A stretch of 47,168 bases of DNA from Chloroflexota bacterium (GTDB lineage Bacteria; Chloroflexota; Dehalococcoidia; SM23-28-2; RBG-16-64-32), in assembly GCA_005880075.1 (NCBI GenBank), contig VBJT01000040.1, positions 1-47,168 on the forward strand, read 5' to 3'. Under the pieces are notes generated by a model that did no database searches, was not told the origin of the DNA, and saw only the letters and a program-made list of their open reading frames with translations. Each line of letters opens with the position of its first letter. The first letter of the stretch is position 1. This document shows positions 33,849 through 43,720 of this stretch, piece after piece. A program made the position numbers and the translations under genes.

Positions 33849-35815
33849 CCAGGCGCGTCGCTCTAATCAGCGAACACGCCTCGCCGCTGACTGCCTTGGG
33901 CGGGGTCGACAGCGGCGGTCAGAACGTATATGTCGGGCAGCTAGCCAACCACCTCGCCGGAATCGGTTATGACGTCGATATCTTCACGCGACGGGACAGC
34001 GAATTGCTACCCGAGACGGCGGACTGGAAGAGAGGGGTTCGCATCGTCCATGTCCCGGCCGGGCCGCCATCGTACGTTCGCAAAGAAGACATGCTTGCAC
34101 TCATGCCGGACTTCCTTGGCTGGATAGTTAAGTTCTTCAAGTCACAGCGGCGCCCCTATGACATTGTTCATGCCAATTTCTTCATGTCTGGCCTCGTGGC
34201 GGCTGACCTCAAGAAGACGCTCGGCGTACCATTCGTTGTTACTTTCCACGCGCTTGGACGCGTGCGACGCCTGCACCAGGGCGAGGGTGACGATTTCCCG
34301 GACGAGCGGTTCGCCATCGAAGACCGGATCGTCGAGGAGGCCGATTGTGTCATCGCCGAATGTCCCCAGGACGAAGAGGACCTCATCCGCCTATACAACG
34401 CGGATCCGAATCGAATCACGAGTATCCCCTGCGGCTTCGATCCCGCAGAGCTGTCACCAATAAGCAAGCCCCTCGCCCGGGTTGTACTCGGGCTGCCGCC
34501 TGATGACCCGGTCATCGTTCACGTCGGCAGGATTGTGGCTCGCAAGGGCGTCGACAATGTCATCCGGGGACTAGCGCGTCTCCGCACCCGCCATGGCATA
34601 TCGCCACGGCTGATCATCGTCGGAGGTGACCTGCAGGATGGTGACCCCAGGATCCGGGCCGAGGTTCAGAGACTAAATGATATCGCCGACGAAGAACAGG
34701 TCAATGACATTGTTACGTTCGCAGGTCGGCGGGGACGTGACTCGCTCGGATGCTTCTACAGTGCAGCAGATATCTTCATCACGACTCCTTGGTACGAGCC
34801 CTTCGGTATCACTCCGGTCGAGGCTATGGCTTGCGGCACCCCCGTTATTGGTGCGAACGTCGGAGGCATCAAGTTCACGGTCCGAGATGCCGAGACCGGC
34901 TACCTTGTACAGCCCAACAATCCTGATGCGCTCGCCGAGCGGATCGCGCACCTTTATACGAACCCGAAACTTCTCAAGCTATTCGGGCGCCAGGCGATCC
35001 ATCGAGCCACTCATCTTTTCACATGGCAGCGCGTCGCAAATGAGATCGCGGATTTATATGAGAGGCTAATCTGCGCGCGGGACCCGAAGCGCCGGCGAGA
35101 GGCAGATGAAGGAGCAATCATAATCTCAGCCCTTGACGAGGCGCGCGACACGATTCAGAAGGCCAGAAACCGCCTGACTCACGCAATCATCGAAGCTGCG
35201 GAAGAGATCGACCGCTGCTTCACGAATGGGGGCAAGTTGCTTATCTGCGGCAATGGTGGCAGTGCCGCAGACAGCCAGCACTTCGCCGCCGAGCTGATGG
35301 GGCGCTTCCGCGCGCCTGACCGTCCCCCGCTGCCAGCGGTCGCCCTGTCGGCGGATTCCGCTGTCCTGACCGCGTGGTCGAACGACGTCGCCTTCGAGGG
35401 TGTTTACACCCGCCAGATCGAAGCGCTTGCCAAGTCCGGCGACGTCTTGATCGCGATCAGCACGAGTGGCGGTTCACACAACACTTGCAATGCGCTCGAC
35501 GCCGCCTCTCGCTGCGGAATTCGATCGATCGCACTTCTCGGCGGTGATGGCGGTGATATGCGCCGCCAAGCGGACGTGTCGATCATCGTCCCCTCGGCTG
35601 ATACTCAGCGCGTACAGGAAATGCATACGCTGGTCATACACCTGGTCTGTGAGCTAGTGGAGCGGCGGTTACTCTCCCGGCTCCAGTGGCAATCCTCAAT
35701 GCCTGAGATGGTTGTCAGTCCGGTAAGACGGAACGGCCGCAGGATCGCGGTTGCTCTACCGCAGACCGCCCTGGCACAGCAAGGAAGCCGCAATGGAACC
35801 AAAGCTCAAAGGTAG
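33845..35815 (+). CDS. GT4 glycosyltransferase fused to a C-terminal phosphoheptose isomerase (GmhA, SIS) domain
   Basis: The N-terminal ~420 aa form a GT-B/GT4 domain (GGVDSGGQNVYV...EPFGITPVEAMACGTPVIGANVGGI). The C-terminus reads GKLLICGNGGSAADSQHFAAEL...ISTSGGSHN...LLGGDGG...QEMH, which is GmhA-type SIS. Confidence 0.85.
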   Translation: MTRRVALISEHASPLTALGGVDSGGQNVYVGQLANHLAGIGYDVDIFTRRDSELLPETADWKRGVRIVHVPAGPPSYVRKEDMLALMPDFLGWIVKFFKSQRRPYDIVHANFFMSGLVAADLKKTLGVPFVVTFHALGRVRRLHQGEGDDFPDERFAIEDRIVEEADCVIAECPQDEEDLIRLYNADPNRITSIPCGFDPAELSPISKPLARVVLGLPPDDPVIVHVGRIVARKGVDNVIRGLARLRTRHGISPRLIIVGGDLQDGDPRIRAEVQRLNDIADEEQVNDIVTFAGRRGRDSLGCFYSAADIFITTPWYEPFGITPVEAMACGTPVIGANVGGIKFTVRDAETGYLVQPNNPDALAERIAHLYTNPKLLKLFGRQAIHRATHLFTWQRVANEIADLYERLICARDPKRRREADEGAIIISALDEARDTIQKARNRLTHAIIEAAEEIDRCFTNGGKLLICGNGGSAADSQHFAAELMGRFRAPDRPPLPAVALSADSAVLTAWSNDVAFEGVYTRQIEALAKSGDVLIAISTSGGSHNTCNALDAASRCGIRSIALLGGDGGDMRRQADVSIIVPSADTQRVQEMHTLVIHLVCELVERRLLSRLQWQSSMPEMVVSPVRRNGRRIAVALPQTALAQQGSRNGTKAQR

Positions 35816-36521
35816 AGTCGCGCTCGTCACAGGCGGGGGCCGGGGCCTCGGCGAAGCCATTTGCCTCACACTGGCTACCGCCGGCGCAACGGTAGTCTCC
35901 GCTGACATTCGCAAGGACCTGGCGGAACATGTATGCAACGAGGTGGAGCATGGCGGCGGGAGGGCGCTCTTTCTGGAAGCCGACGTTTCGGACGAGACCC
36001 AGGCGCGCGCCGCCGTGGGAGAGACGGTGCGCCGTCTGGGGCGGCTCGACTTCCTGATCAACAACGCCGCCGTAGACGCGACTCTCCCGATCGGCGAACT
36101 ACCCGTCAGCGAATGGGACCGAATTATCGCCGTAAACCTCCGCGGCCCGTTCCTGATGAGCAAGCTCGCCGTCGAATGCATGCGCGAACAGGGCGGAGGT
36201 CATATCGTCAGCATCGTCTCTACGGCAGCCAAGCGAACGTGGCCCAACGCGGCCGCCTACCATGCTAGCAAGTGGGGGCTCTTAGGCTTCACACACGCCC
36301 TGCACGCCGAGCTGCGCGGGTACGGAATCAAGACAACGGCCGTAGTTGCGGGTGGCATGCGGACACCGTTTCTCCTCGACCGTTTCCCTGACATTGATCC
36401 TCTTGTGCTCCAGGACCCCTGTGCCGTTGCCGAAACCGTGCGTTTCGTGCTCACCCAACCTGCCGAATCCGTCGTGCCGGAAGTGATGGTGCTGCCCATG
36501 CGAGAGACATCATGGCCGTAA
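35793..36521 (+). CDS. classical short-chain dehydrogenase/reductase
   Basis: LVTGGGRGLGEA, NNAA and the Y-x3-K motif YHASKWG. ATG 35793 overlaps the upstream gene by 23 nt. Confidence 0.85.
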   Translation: MEPKLKGRVALVTGGGRGLGEAICLTLATAGATVVSADIRKDLAEHVCNEVEHGGGRALFLEADVSDETQARAAVGETVRRLGRLDFLINNAAVDATLPIGELPVSEWDRIIAVNLRGPFLMSKLAVECMREQGGGHIVSIVSTAAKRTWPNAAAYHASKWGLLGFTHALHAELRGYGIKTTAVVAGGMRTPFLLDRFPDIDPLVLQDPCAVAETVRFVLTQPAESVVPEVMVLPMRETSWP

Positions 36522-37114
36522 ACGCAACGATCGGGCGAGCCGTATTCCTCGATAAAGACGGAACGCTTATCGAGGACGTCCCGTACAATGTTGACCCCGT
36601 CCGGCTGCGCCTAATGCCCGGCGCGATCGAGGGTTTGCGCGCGCTCCAGGCCGCAGGATTTCGGCTAATCGTTGTTACCAACCAATCGGGCGTCGCGCGG
36701 CGTTACTTTACCGAGCCCGAGCTCGCTGTTGCCCATGCAGCCCTCGATGAGCTGCTGTTGGCCGCAGGGGTAACTCTGGATGGATTCTATTACTGTCCTC
36801 ACCTTCCGGCACCTGAACTTTTTGCGTGGGAGAACCCGTGCGCGTGCAGGAAGCCTTCGCCGGGTCTACTTGAGGCCGCCGCGGCCGACCGCAATCTCGG
36901 CCTGACACGTTCGTGGCTCATCGGCGATATCGCGGATGACATCGAGGCCGGCCGGCGCGCGGGCTGCCGCACGGTGCTTGTCGCTGGGTGTCCTGACGAC
37001 GATACGACGGCACACTTCGTTGCACGAAATTTAGCAGAAGCGGCCGCCATCATCATTCGCGAGAGCCGCAGCGATATGGCCGCCACAACGGTAAAGATCG
37101 GGGATTGCGCATGA
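36512..37114 (+). CDS. gmhB: D-glycero-D-manno-heptose 1,7-bisphosphate phosphatase (HAD-IIIA)
   Basis: VFLDKDGTLIED, VVTNQSGVARRYF, YYCPHLP..CACRKP and IGDIADDIEAG. Confidence 0.85.
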   Translation: MAVNATIGRAVFLDKDGTLIEDVPYNVDPVRLRLMPGAIEGLRALQAAGFRLIVVTNQSGVARRYFTEPELAVAHAALDELLLAAGVTLDGFYYCPHLPAPELFAWENPCACRKPSPGLLEAAAADRNLGLTRSWLIGDIADDIEAGRRAGCRTVLVAGCPDDDTTAHFVARNLAEAAAIIIRESRSDMAATTVKIGDCA

Positions 37115-38535
37115 GCGGCGATGACCTGATCGGCCTTCTCGACCGCTTCCAGGGCATTCGCGTGCTTGTCATCGGAGAATCGATTCTAGACGGCTATCTT
37201 CGTGGCACGGCCTCCCGGCTTTGCCCTGAAGCGCCCGCGCCAGTTGTGCTGCTCGCGCAACGAAGCTACGCCCCGGGCGGCGCTGCGAACACTGCCGCGA
37301 ACCTTCAGGCCCTTGGCGCTCATGCGACGCTGCTTTCGGTCACCGGCGATGACGCCCACGGTCAGCATCTGCGCACAATCATCGAATGTAAGGGCATCGA
37401 TATCAGCTGTCTTATCACGCAGCCGGGCAGACTGACGGTCGCCAAAGAGAGGGTTTGTGCCGGGTCGCAGTTGATCGTCCGCATCGACTCCGAAGACTTC
37501 AGCGAGATAGCGCAGCAGACGGAGACTGAAGTTCTCCGCCGGCTTTATGAATTCGCGCCGCAGTGCGACGCCATCGTCATTTCCGATTATGGGAAAGGTG
37601 TCGTAACTGACCGTGTAATTGAGGCGCTCGCCGGCCTTCAACGCCGGCAGCCGGGCCTGCTCCTGGTCGATGGCAAAGACCTAACCCGTTACGTGGCCGC
37701 CTGCCCTACGGTAGTAAAGCCAAACTACTTGCAGGCGGCGGACCTGATCGGCCTGAAGGAGCCCTCGGGCAACCGCGCTCAGGCCATTCTGGACCGTAGC
37801 GAGCACCTCCTTGAAGCGACCGGCGCCCGCATTGCCGCCGTCACGATCGACAGTGACGGCTCAGTGATTCTCGAACGGGGCTGCCACCCGCATCGCACAT
37901 ACGCGCCCAGGACCGCAAATCCTCAGACCGCAGGCGCCGGGGACACGTTTCTAAGCGTGTTCGGGCTTGCGCTGGCAGCCGGCGGGAGCACTGTCCATGC
38001 CGCCGAACTCGCCTCCGCCGCCTCGGCAATGGTCGTCGCAAAGGAGGGCACAGCAACGTCCGTCCTAGAGATGAGCCTAGCGTATGAGCGTCAGCGCGGC
38101 CGCCGCATTGTCTTTACTAACGGCTGCTTTGATCTGCTTCACGCAGGCCACACCTCATATCTCAGCCGGGCGAAATCACTTGGTGACGTGCTCGTCGTTG
38201 GTGTGAATTCAGACAGCAGCGTGCGCCGCTTGAAGGGCGATCAGCGGCCAATCAACCCGCTCGAGGACCGGATTCATGTATTGGCCGCCCTGAGCTGCAT
38301 CGATTACATAGTAGCGTTTGACGAAGACAGCCCCGTGGATCTGATTCGCCGAATACGCCCGGATGTATTTGTGAAAGGCGGCGACTATATTCGTGAGGCG
38401 CTGCCGGAGGCCGATGTGGTAGAGGCATACGGCGGCAATGTCGAGATTCTGCCGTACCTGGAAGACCGCTCTACAACGGGAATGATCGAAGAGATCAAAC
38501 GGCTCGATCTGGCCTCACCGATATCAGTGAGATGA
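37111..38535 (+). CDS. hldE: bifunctional heptose 7-phosphate kinase / heptose 1-phosphate adenylyltransferase
   Basis: The N-terminal half is ribokinase-like (GGAANTAANL...TAGAGDTF). The C-terminal half is cytidylyltransferase-like (VFTNGCFDLLHAGHTSYL...VGVNSDSSVRRLKG). ATGA overlap with gmhB. Confidence 0.9.
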   Translation: MSGDDLIGLLDRFQGIRVLVIGESILDGYLRGTASRLCPEAPAPVVLLAQRSYAPGGAANTAANLQALGAHATLLSVTGDDAHGQHLRTIIECKGIDISCLITQPGRLTVAKERVCAGSQLIVRIDSEDFSEIAQQTETEVLRRLYEFAPQCDAIVISDYGKGVVTDRVIEALAGLQRRQPGLLLVDGKDLTRYVAACPTVVKPNYLQAADLIGLKEPSGNRAQAILDRSEHLLEATGARIAAVTIDSDGSVILERGCHPHRTYAPRTANPQTAGAGDTFLSVFGLALAAGGSTVHAAELASAASAMVVAKEGTATSVLEMSLAYERQRGRRIVFTNGCFDLLHAGHTSYLSRAKSLGDVLVVGVNSDSSVRRLKGDQRPINPLEDRIHVLAALSCIDYIVAFDEDSPVDLIRRIRPDVFVKGGDYIREALPEADVVEAYGGNVEILPYLEDRSTTGMIEEIKRLDLASPISVR

Positions 38536-39701
38536 AGGAGACGGCCGCCTCGGCCTGGGCGCAGGCACGCAACATCCTCTGCCTCCGGCTCGATGGCATC
38601 GGCGACTTGATAATGACTGCCCCGGCGATCGCGGCGCTCAAGCGGGAGAAGCCGGATCGCCGGATCACTCTCTTGACTTCACGGGTGGGCGCGGAGGCTG
38701 CAGCCCTGATCTCAGAAATCGATGACGTGATCGTCTATGAGGCGCCGTGGGTAAAGGCCTCGCCCGCAACGTCATCTAGCGACGATGACAGCGAGATCAT
38801 ATCGCGCATCAGTAAGGCCGGTTTTGATGGCGCTGTCATCTTCACAGTCTATTCACAGAACCCGCTTCCTGCTGCTCTGCTCTGCTACCTCTCGGAAATT
38901 CCTCTGAGACTGGCCCACTGCCACGAAAACCCCTATCAGCTGCTGACCGACTGGGTGCCGGACCCGGAGCCGGCAACGATCCTCCGTCACGAAGTCGAAC
39001 GGCAGCTCGATCTCGTCAGGTCCATTGGTTGCGATCCCCGTGATTCCACTATCGCCCTGAAAATAGACGAGAACGCGCATCGACGCGTGCATATGCTCTT
39101 GGACGACGTCGGGATCGACCGTCGGCATCCCTGGGCGGTCGTTCATCCAGGAGCCACCGCCGAAGCACGCCGCTATCCATCGGCGGGTTATGCGAAGGCA
39201 ATCGATATTTTGGTGCGGCAACACGGCTGGCGGATGATCCTTACGGGTACACAGTCCGAAGGCGCGATCATCGAATCCGTGCGCGCGCAGACGTCCGCGC
39301 CCGCTGCTTCGCTGGCTGGCCGCCTCAACATAGGCGAGTCGGCTGCGCTGCTCCAGCAGGCCCCGATTCTTATCTCCAACAATACTGCCCCCGTCCATAT
39401 AGCATCCGCTGTCGGTACCCCGGTGGTCTGCCTTTATGCTCTGACGAACCCGCAGCACATGCCCTGGCGCGTGCCCAGCCGCGTGCTTTACCACGACGTT
39501 CCCTGCCGCTTCTGCTACAAGAGCACCTGCCCGGAGCAGCACCATAACTGTTTGCGTCTCGTAGAACCAGAATCCATAGCGGCGGCGGCCGTGGCACTAC
39601 TCGCCGAAACGGATCCTACACGGCCCGTCAAGCAAGGATTAGCAGAAATGGTCGCCAGCCGGACGCCAGTTGCAAGCGAAATCAAAGCGGGGCGCCGTTG
39701 A
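38532..39701 (+). CDS. glycosyltransferase family 9 (heptosyltransferase-like)
   Basis: ILCLRLDGIGDLIMTAPAIAALK and later NNTAPVHIASAVGTPVVCLY. ATGA overlap with hldE. Confidence 0.8.
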   Translation: MKETAASAWAQARNILCLRLDGIGDLIMTAPAIAALKREKPDRRITLLTSRVGAEAAALISEIDDVIVYEAPWVKASPATSSSDDDSEIISRISKAGFDGAVIFTVYSQNPLPAALLCYLSEIPLRLAHCHENPYQLLTDWVPDPEPATILRHEVERQLDLVRSIGCDPRDSTIALKIDENAHRRVHMLLDDVGIDRRHPWAVVHPGATAEARRYPSAGYAKAIDILVRQHGWRMILTGTQSEGAIIESVRAQTSAPAASLAGRLNIGESAALLQQAPILISNNTAPVHIASAVGTPVVCLYALTNPQHMPWRVPSRVLYHDVPCRFCYKSTCPEQHHNCLRLVEPESIAAAAVALLAETDPTRPVKQGLAEMVASRTPVASEIKAGRR

Positions 39702-41378
39702 TAAACGTTCTCGGCATCAACGCTAGCTTCCACGACAGTTCCGCGGCGCTCCTGAGAGATGGGATACCCGTCGCCGCCGCCGAAGAAGAGCGGTTCACTC
39801 GGATCAAACATGCCAAACGTCCAGTCCCATTCCTTTCGTACCAGCTGCCTTTCCACGCCATCGCCTACGTGCTGCAAGAGGCGGGCATAAACCTTCGCAA
39901 TGTCGATCGCATCGCCTACTCGTTTGATCCGTCAATCCTCCTCGATGGTCTGCAGCCCGAACTGATCTCGCTCCCGCTAGAGCCCTCTGCCCGGCCGCGC
40001 GATGATGGTCTCGAGCCCTGGGATCCTCTATTCCTAGCGGGCATCATTAACGCTCCGCGCTTCCTCTTGGACGACATTCCGCACAACCTGCAGCGCCTGC
40101 GCGGCGGGATCACTTCCTGGGACCAGTTGCCGCCGTTTCGGTTCCTCGACCATCACCTGTCGCATGCCGCCTCCGCCTATTACGTCTCTGGCTTTCCCGA
40201 GTCGGCGATCTTGACTCTCGATGGCCGTGGCGAAAAGGCAACTACGCTCTTCGCGGTTGGCCGGTCAGGGCAGATCGAGTCGCTCGAAGAAGTCCACTAC
40301 CCGCATTCACTCGGGCTGCTTTACGAGCATGTGACGGATTACCTCGGGTTCCTCAGAAGCAGCGACGAGTACAAGGTGATGGCCCTGGCCTGCGCCGGCT
40401 CTGGCTGCCTCGTCCGGCAATTCGAACGGCTCGTCGAACTCGGCGAAGGAGGGCAGTACCGGGTCACGTTCGCCGATCTGGAAGCCGAATTCGGGCCCCG
40501 GCGTCGCAAGGGCGAGCCTCTCGAGCAGCGACACTTCGACGTGGCCGCAGGCTTGCAGACCTTACTCGAGGAGACGGTACTTGAACTCGCTCGGCGGCTG
40601 CGCCAGCTCGCGCCTACGCGACGAGTCCGGTTTCAGCAATATCTTTGTGCAGCCGGCCGCCGGCGATGCCGGGACGGCCCTCGGCGCCGCCTATCTCATC
40701 GAGGCGGAGCACCGCCCGGACCTGCCCGGCCACCGGATGACGCACGCTTATCTTGGGCCGGGCTTTACGGACGAAGGGATCAGGGAAACGCTATTGCGGG
40801 CCAAGCTCGATTATGAAGAGCCTGTCGATCTGGCCGCCGCCGCCGCCAATCTGCTCGCAGAGGACAAGATCATCGGCTGGTTCCAGGGGCGAATGGAGTT
40901 CGGGCCGCGGGCCTTGGGTGCCCGCAGCATCGTCGCCTCACCGCGAGATCCAGATATGAAGGACCGCCTCAACGAGATAAAAGACCGAGAAGATTTTCGC
41001 CCCGTCGCGCCCGCTGTCCTGGTAGAGCGCGCGGCTGATTACTTCACGCCGGACGTCCCTTCGCCGTTCATGCTCTTCATTCACGATGTCCGAGAGGAGC
41101 GTAAGCACGAGATCCCGGCGGTGTGCCACTTCGACGGTTCTGCCCGCATCCAAACGGTATCGCGACAAGAATCGCCGATCTTTCATCGCCTGATCGAAGC
41201 GTTCGGCGAGTTGACGGGAACGCCCGTGGTTGTGAATACATCATTCAACACCCTCGGGAAGCCGATTGTATGCACTCCGGAAGATGCGCTGGTTTCTGCT
41301 GACAAAGCGGGCCGCATCAACGCCACCGGCGCCCCGCGAGTCTACGATGGCCGCATCAGGAGCCTGGGAAAGGCCCTG
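39698..41378 (+). pseudogene. NodU/CmcH-family carbamoyltransferase gene with a frame break and a missing segment near 40610
   Basis: The N-terminal ~305 aa (VLGINASFHDSSAALLRDG...HHLSHAASAYY...HSLGLLYE) lie in one frame. The continuation (RDESGFSNIFVQPAAGDAGTALGAAY...FGPRALG.RSI...FRPVAPAV...VNTSFNTLGKPIV) lies in another. The expected AGGVALN-type segment is absent. Confidence 0.7.
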
Positions 41379-42323
41379 ATGACGATAAGCTTGGTGGCAG
41401 GCGGCGCGGGGTTCATCGGCTCGAACCTGTGCGAAAGGCTCCTCGCAGCTGGTCATACCGTAGTCTGCTTCGACAACCTTCTCACGGGTCGCCGCCAAAA
41501 CATCGAGCACCTACATGCCCATCCCCGCTTTCGGTTGGCAGAACTCGATCCCGTCCATGATGATCTCGGTGCGTGGGCGCCGGTGCATCAGGTCTTCCAC
41601 CTCGCGAGCCCTGCCAGTCCGGCCGCTTACCTGCGATACCCGGTCGCAACGCTTAGGGTGAACGCAGAAGGAACACAACGACTGCTCGACTTCGCTGCCG
41701 AATGCGGTGCTCGCTTGCTCTATGCCAGCACGTCCGAAATCTACGGTGACCCGTTGGATCACCCTCAGCGCGAGGAGTCGTTCGGCCGGCTGAGTTCTAC
41801 TGGCCAGCGCTCTGTTTACCACGAGGGTAAGCGTTACGCCGAGGCGTTAACCATGGCGTATCGCATCTTCAACACGTATGGGCCGCGGTCGGACCCCGAT
41901 GACGGCAGGATAGTGCCGAAATTCATTCGCTGCGCGCTCACGCAGCAGCCAATCCCCGTTTACGGCGACGGCTCTCAAACTCGTTCCTTATGCTACATCG
42001 ACGACCTGGTCCAAGGCCTAATCGCGGCGATGGAATGGCCGGCAGCGAGCGGAGAGGTAATCAATCTCGGCAATCCCGAAGAACACAGTGTCCTGGAATA
42101 CGCCCAGATCATACGGAAGTTGACCGGCTCACACGCACCGATCGCATTTGTGGCGCCGCTCACCGACAACGAGCCCACAAGACGACGACCGGATATATCG
42201 AAGGCGGGCCGCTTGTTGGGCTGGGCGCCGCGTGTGGGCCTTGAGGAAGGCCTCCGCCTGACGATCGATTACGTCCGTCGCTCGCTGTCGTCAGAAGAAG
42301 TCGAGGTCGGCTCAGGCGTCTAA
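41379..42323 (+). CDS. uxs: UDP-glucuronate decarboxylase-like extended SDR (UDP-xylose synthase family), with a gap in a conserved strand
   Basis: GGAGFIGSNL, HLASPASP, STSEIYGDP..HPQ, YHEGKRYAE, RIFNTYGPR, DGRIVPKF and YGDGSQTRS. ATG 41379 lies in a TGATG junction. As read, the ORF is continuous with the upstream carbamoyltransferase C-terminal frame. Confidence 0.75.
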   Translation: MTISLVAGGAGFIGSNLCERLLAAGHTVVCFDNLLTGRRQNIEHLHAHPRFRLAELDPVHDDLGAWAPVHQVFHLASPASPAAYLRYPVATLRVNAEGTQRLLDFAAECGARLLYASTSEIYGDPLDHPQREESFGRLSSTGQRSVYHEGKRYAEALTMAYRIFNTYGPRSDPDDGRIVPKFIRCALTQQPIPVYGDGSQTRSLCYIDDLVQGLIAAMEWPAASGEVINLGNPEEHSVLEYAQIIRKLTGSHAPIAFVAPLTDNEPTRRRPDISKAGRLLGWAPRVGLEEGLRLTIDYVRRSLSSEEVEVGSGV

Positions 42324-42325
42324 CC

Positions 42326-43720
42326 ATGGCGGGAGTCTGTGTGGTGGGGGCGGGGTACGTTGGGCTTGCCACGGCTGTCTGCCTGGCCGAACTAGGACAC
42401 AGCGTGAGCTGCGTCGAGATCGAGCAACGCCGGCTGTCCCTTCTGCGGCATGGCTGCGCTCCGATTCGCGAGCCAGGCTTGGAGGAGGCCCTCAAACGCC
42501 TTTCTAGAGCGGCGCGGCTTCGCTTCACGGGAAGCCACACAGACGCCTTAGCGGGCGTGTCCTTCACCGTCCTTGCAGTGAATACGCCGGCGGGAAGCAG
42601 AGGCGAGACGGACACCTCGTTCGTGGAAGACGCTCTCCGTGCAATTGGCAATCACATTCCGCGAGGAAGCGTGCTCCTGTTAAAAAGCACCGTGCCGCCC
42701 GGCACCGGCGATGCAATAGCAGCTAAAATGGCTCCCCGCGCCGTCGACGTTGTCTCGAATCCCGAGTTTTTGCGACAGGGCTCAGCCCTCGAGGATTTCA
42801 TGCGTCCCGATCGCATCGTTATCGGCGGCGATTCCGAAGCGGCGATGCGTGCCGTCCAGCGACTCTACTCGGGCATCCGGGCGCCGGTCTACTACTGCAG
42901 CCGGAGGTCGGCCGAAATGGCGAAGTATACGGCGAACGCTTTTCTTGCGGCGCGCATTTCACTCATCAACGAAGTGGCCGGGATCTGTGAATCGACGGGC
43001 GCGGACATAAACGAAGTCTCGGCCATCATCGGAGCGGACCGGCGAATCGGCCCTGCGTTTCTCGGCGCTGGTCTCGGCTGGGGTGGTTCCTGCCTCCCGA
43101 AAGACCTGACGGCGCTCATCGATACGGCCTCTCGTTACGGCCGCTCACACGACATGTTGGAAGCGGTCTACCGGGTAAACATCGGCCAGCGTGAGCTCGC
43201 CTGTCGCCATCTGGCCCTCGCAGGCGTCGGCCGGGAAGACCCGTCCGTCGCCGTCCTGGGGCTTGCCTTTAAGCCGAACACCGGAGACATTCGTGGTTCG
43301 CCGGCCCTCGAAATCATCGCTCACCTTCTCGAGGATGGCTTCCGGGTGACCGCCCACGACCCGGCTGCCATAGATGAGGCGAAGAGTGCGCTCCCCAACA
43401 TTCGCTACTGTTCGGACGCATATTCCGCAGCTAGGGGCAGTGACGCGGTGTTGCTCGCTACTGAATGGGAAACCTACCGCACCTTGGACTGGAATCGCAT
43501 CCGCCGTCTGATGCGCGGTAATACCATCGTGGATGGTCGGAACCTTCTGGATGGCAGCGGGCTAACCGAGGCGGGCTTCAACTACGTCGCGTTCGGCAAG
43601 CCAGTAGCCAACCGTTCAAAAGGTGACGCGGAAAGGGTGAGACCAATCGCCGAGCCGGTAGCTGCCGGAGGAGGAAGCAATGGCAACTCAGCCACGCGCG
43701 CAACCGAGAAGCAGCGTTAA
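42326..43720 (+). CDS. ugd: UDP-glucose 6-dehydrogenase
   Basis: VVGAGYVGL, NPEFLRQGSA, the catalytic motif GWGGSCLPKD, and GLAFKPNTGDIR. Confidence 0.9.
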   Translation: MAGVCVVGAGYVGLATAVCLAELGHSVSCVEIEQRRLSLLRHGCAPIREPGLEEALKRLSRAARLRFTGSHTDALAGVSFTVLAVNTPAGSRGETDTSFVEDALRAIGNHIPRGSVLLLKSTVPPGTGDAIAAKMAPRAVDVVSNPEFLRQGSALEDFMRPDRIVIGGDSEAAMRAVQRLYSGIRAPVYYCSRRSAEMAKYTANAFLAARISLINEVAGICESTGADINEVSAIIGADRRIGPAFLGAGLGWGGSCLPKDLTALIDTASRYGRSHDMLEAVYRVNIGQRELACRHLALAGVGREDPSVAVLGLAFKPNTGDIRGSPALEIIAHLLEDGFRVTAHDPAAIDEAKSALPNIRYCSDAYSAARGSDAVLLATEWETYRTLDWNRIRRLMRGNTIVDGRNLLDGSGLTEAGFNYVAFGKPVANRSKGDAERVRPIAEPVAAGGGSNGNSATRATEKQR

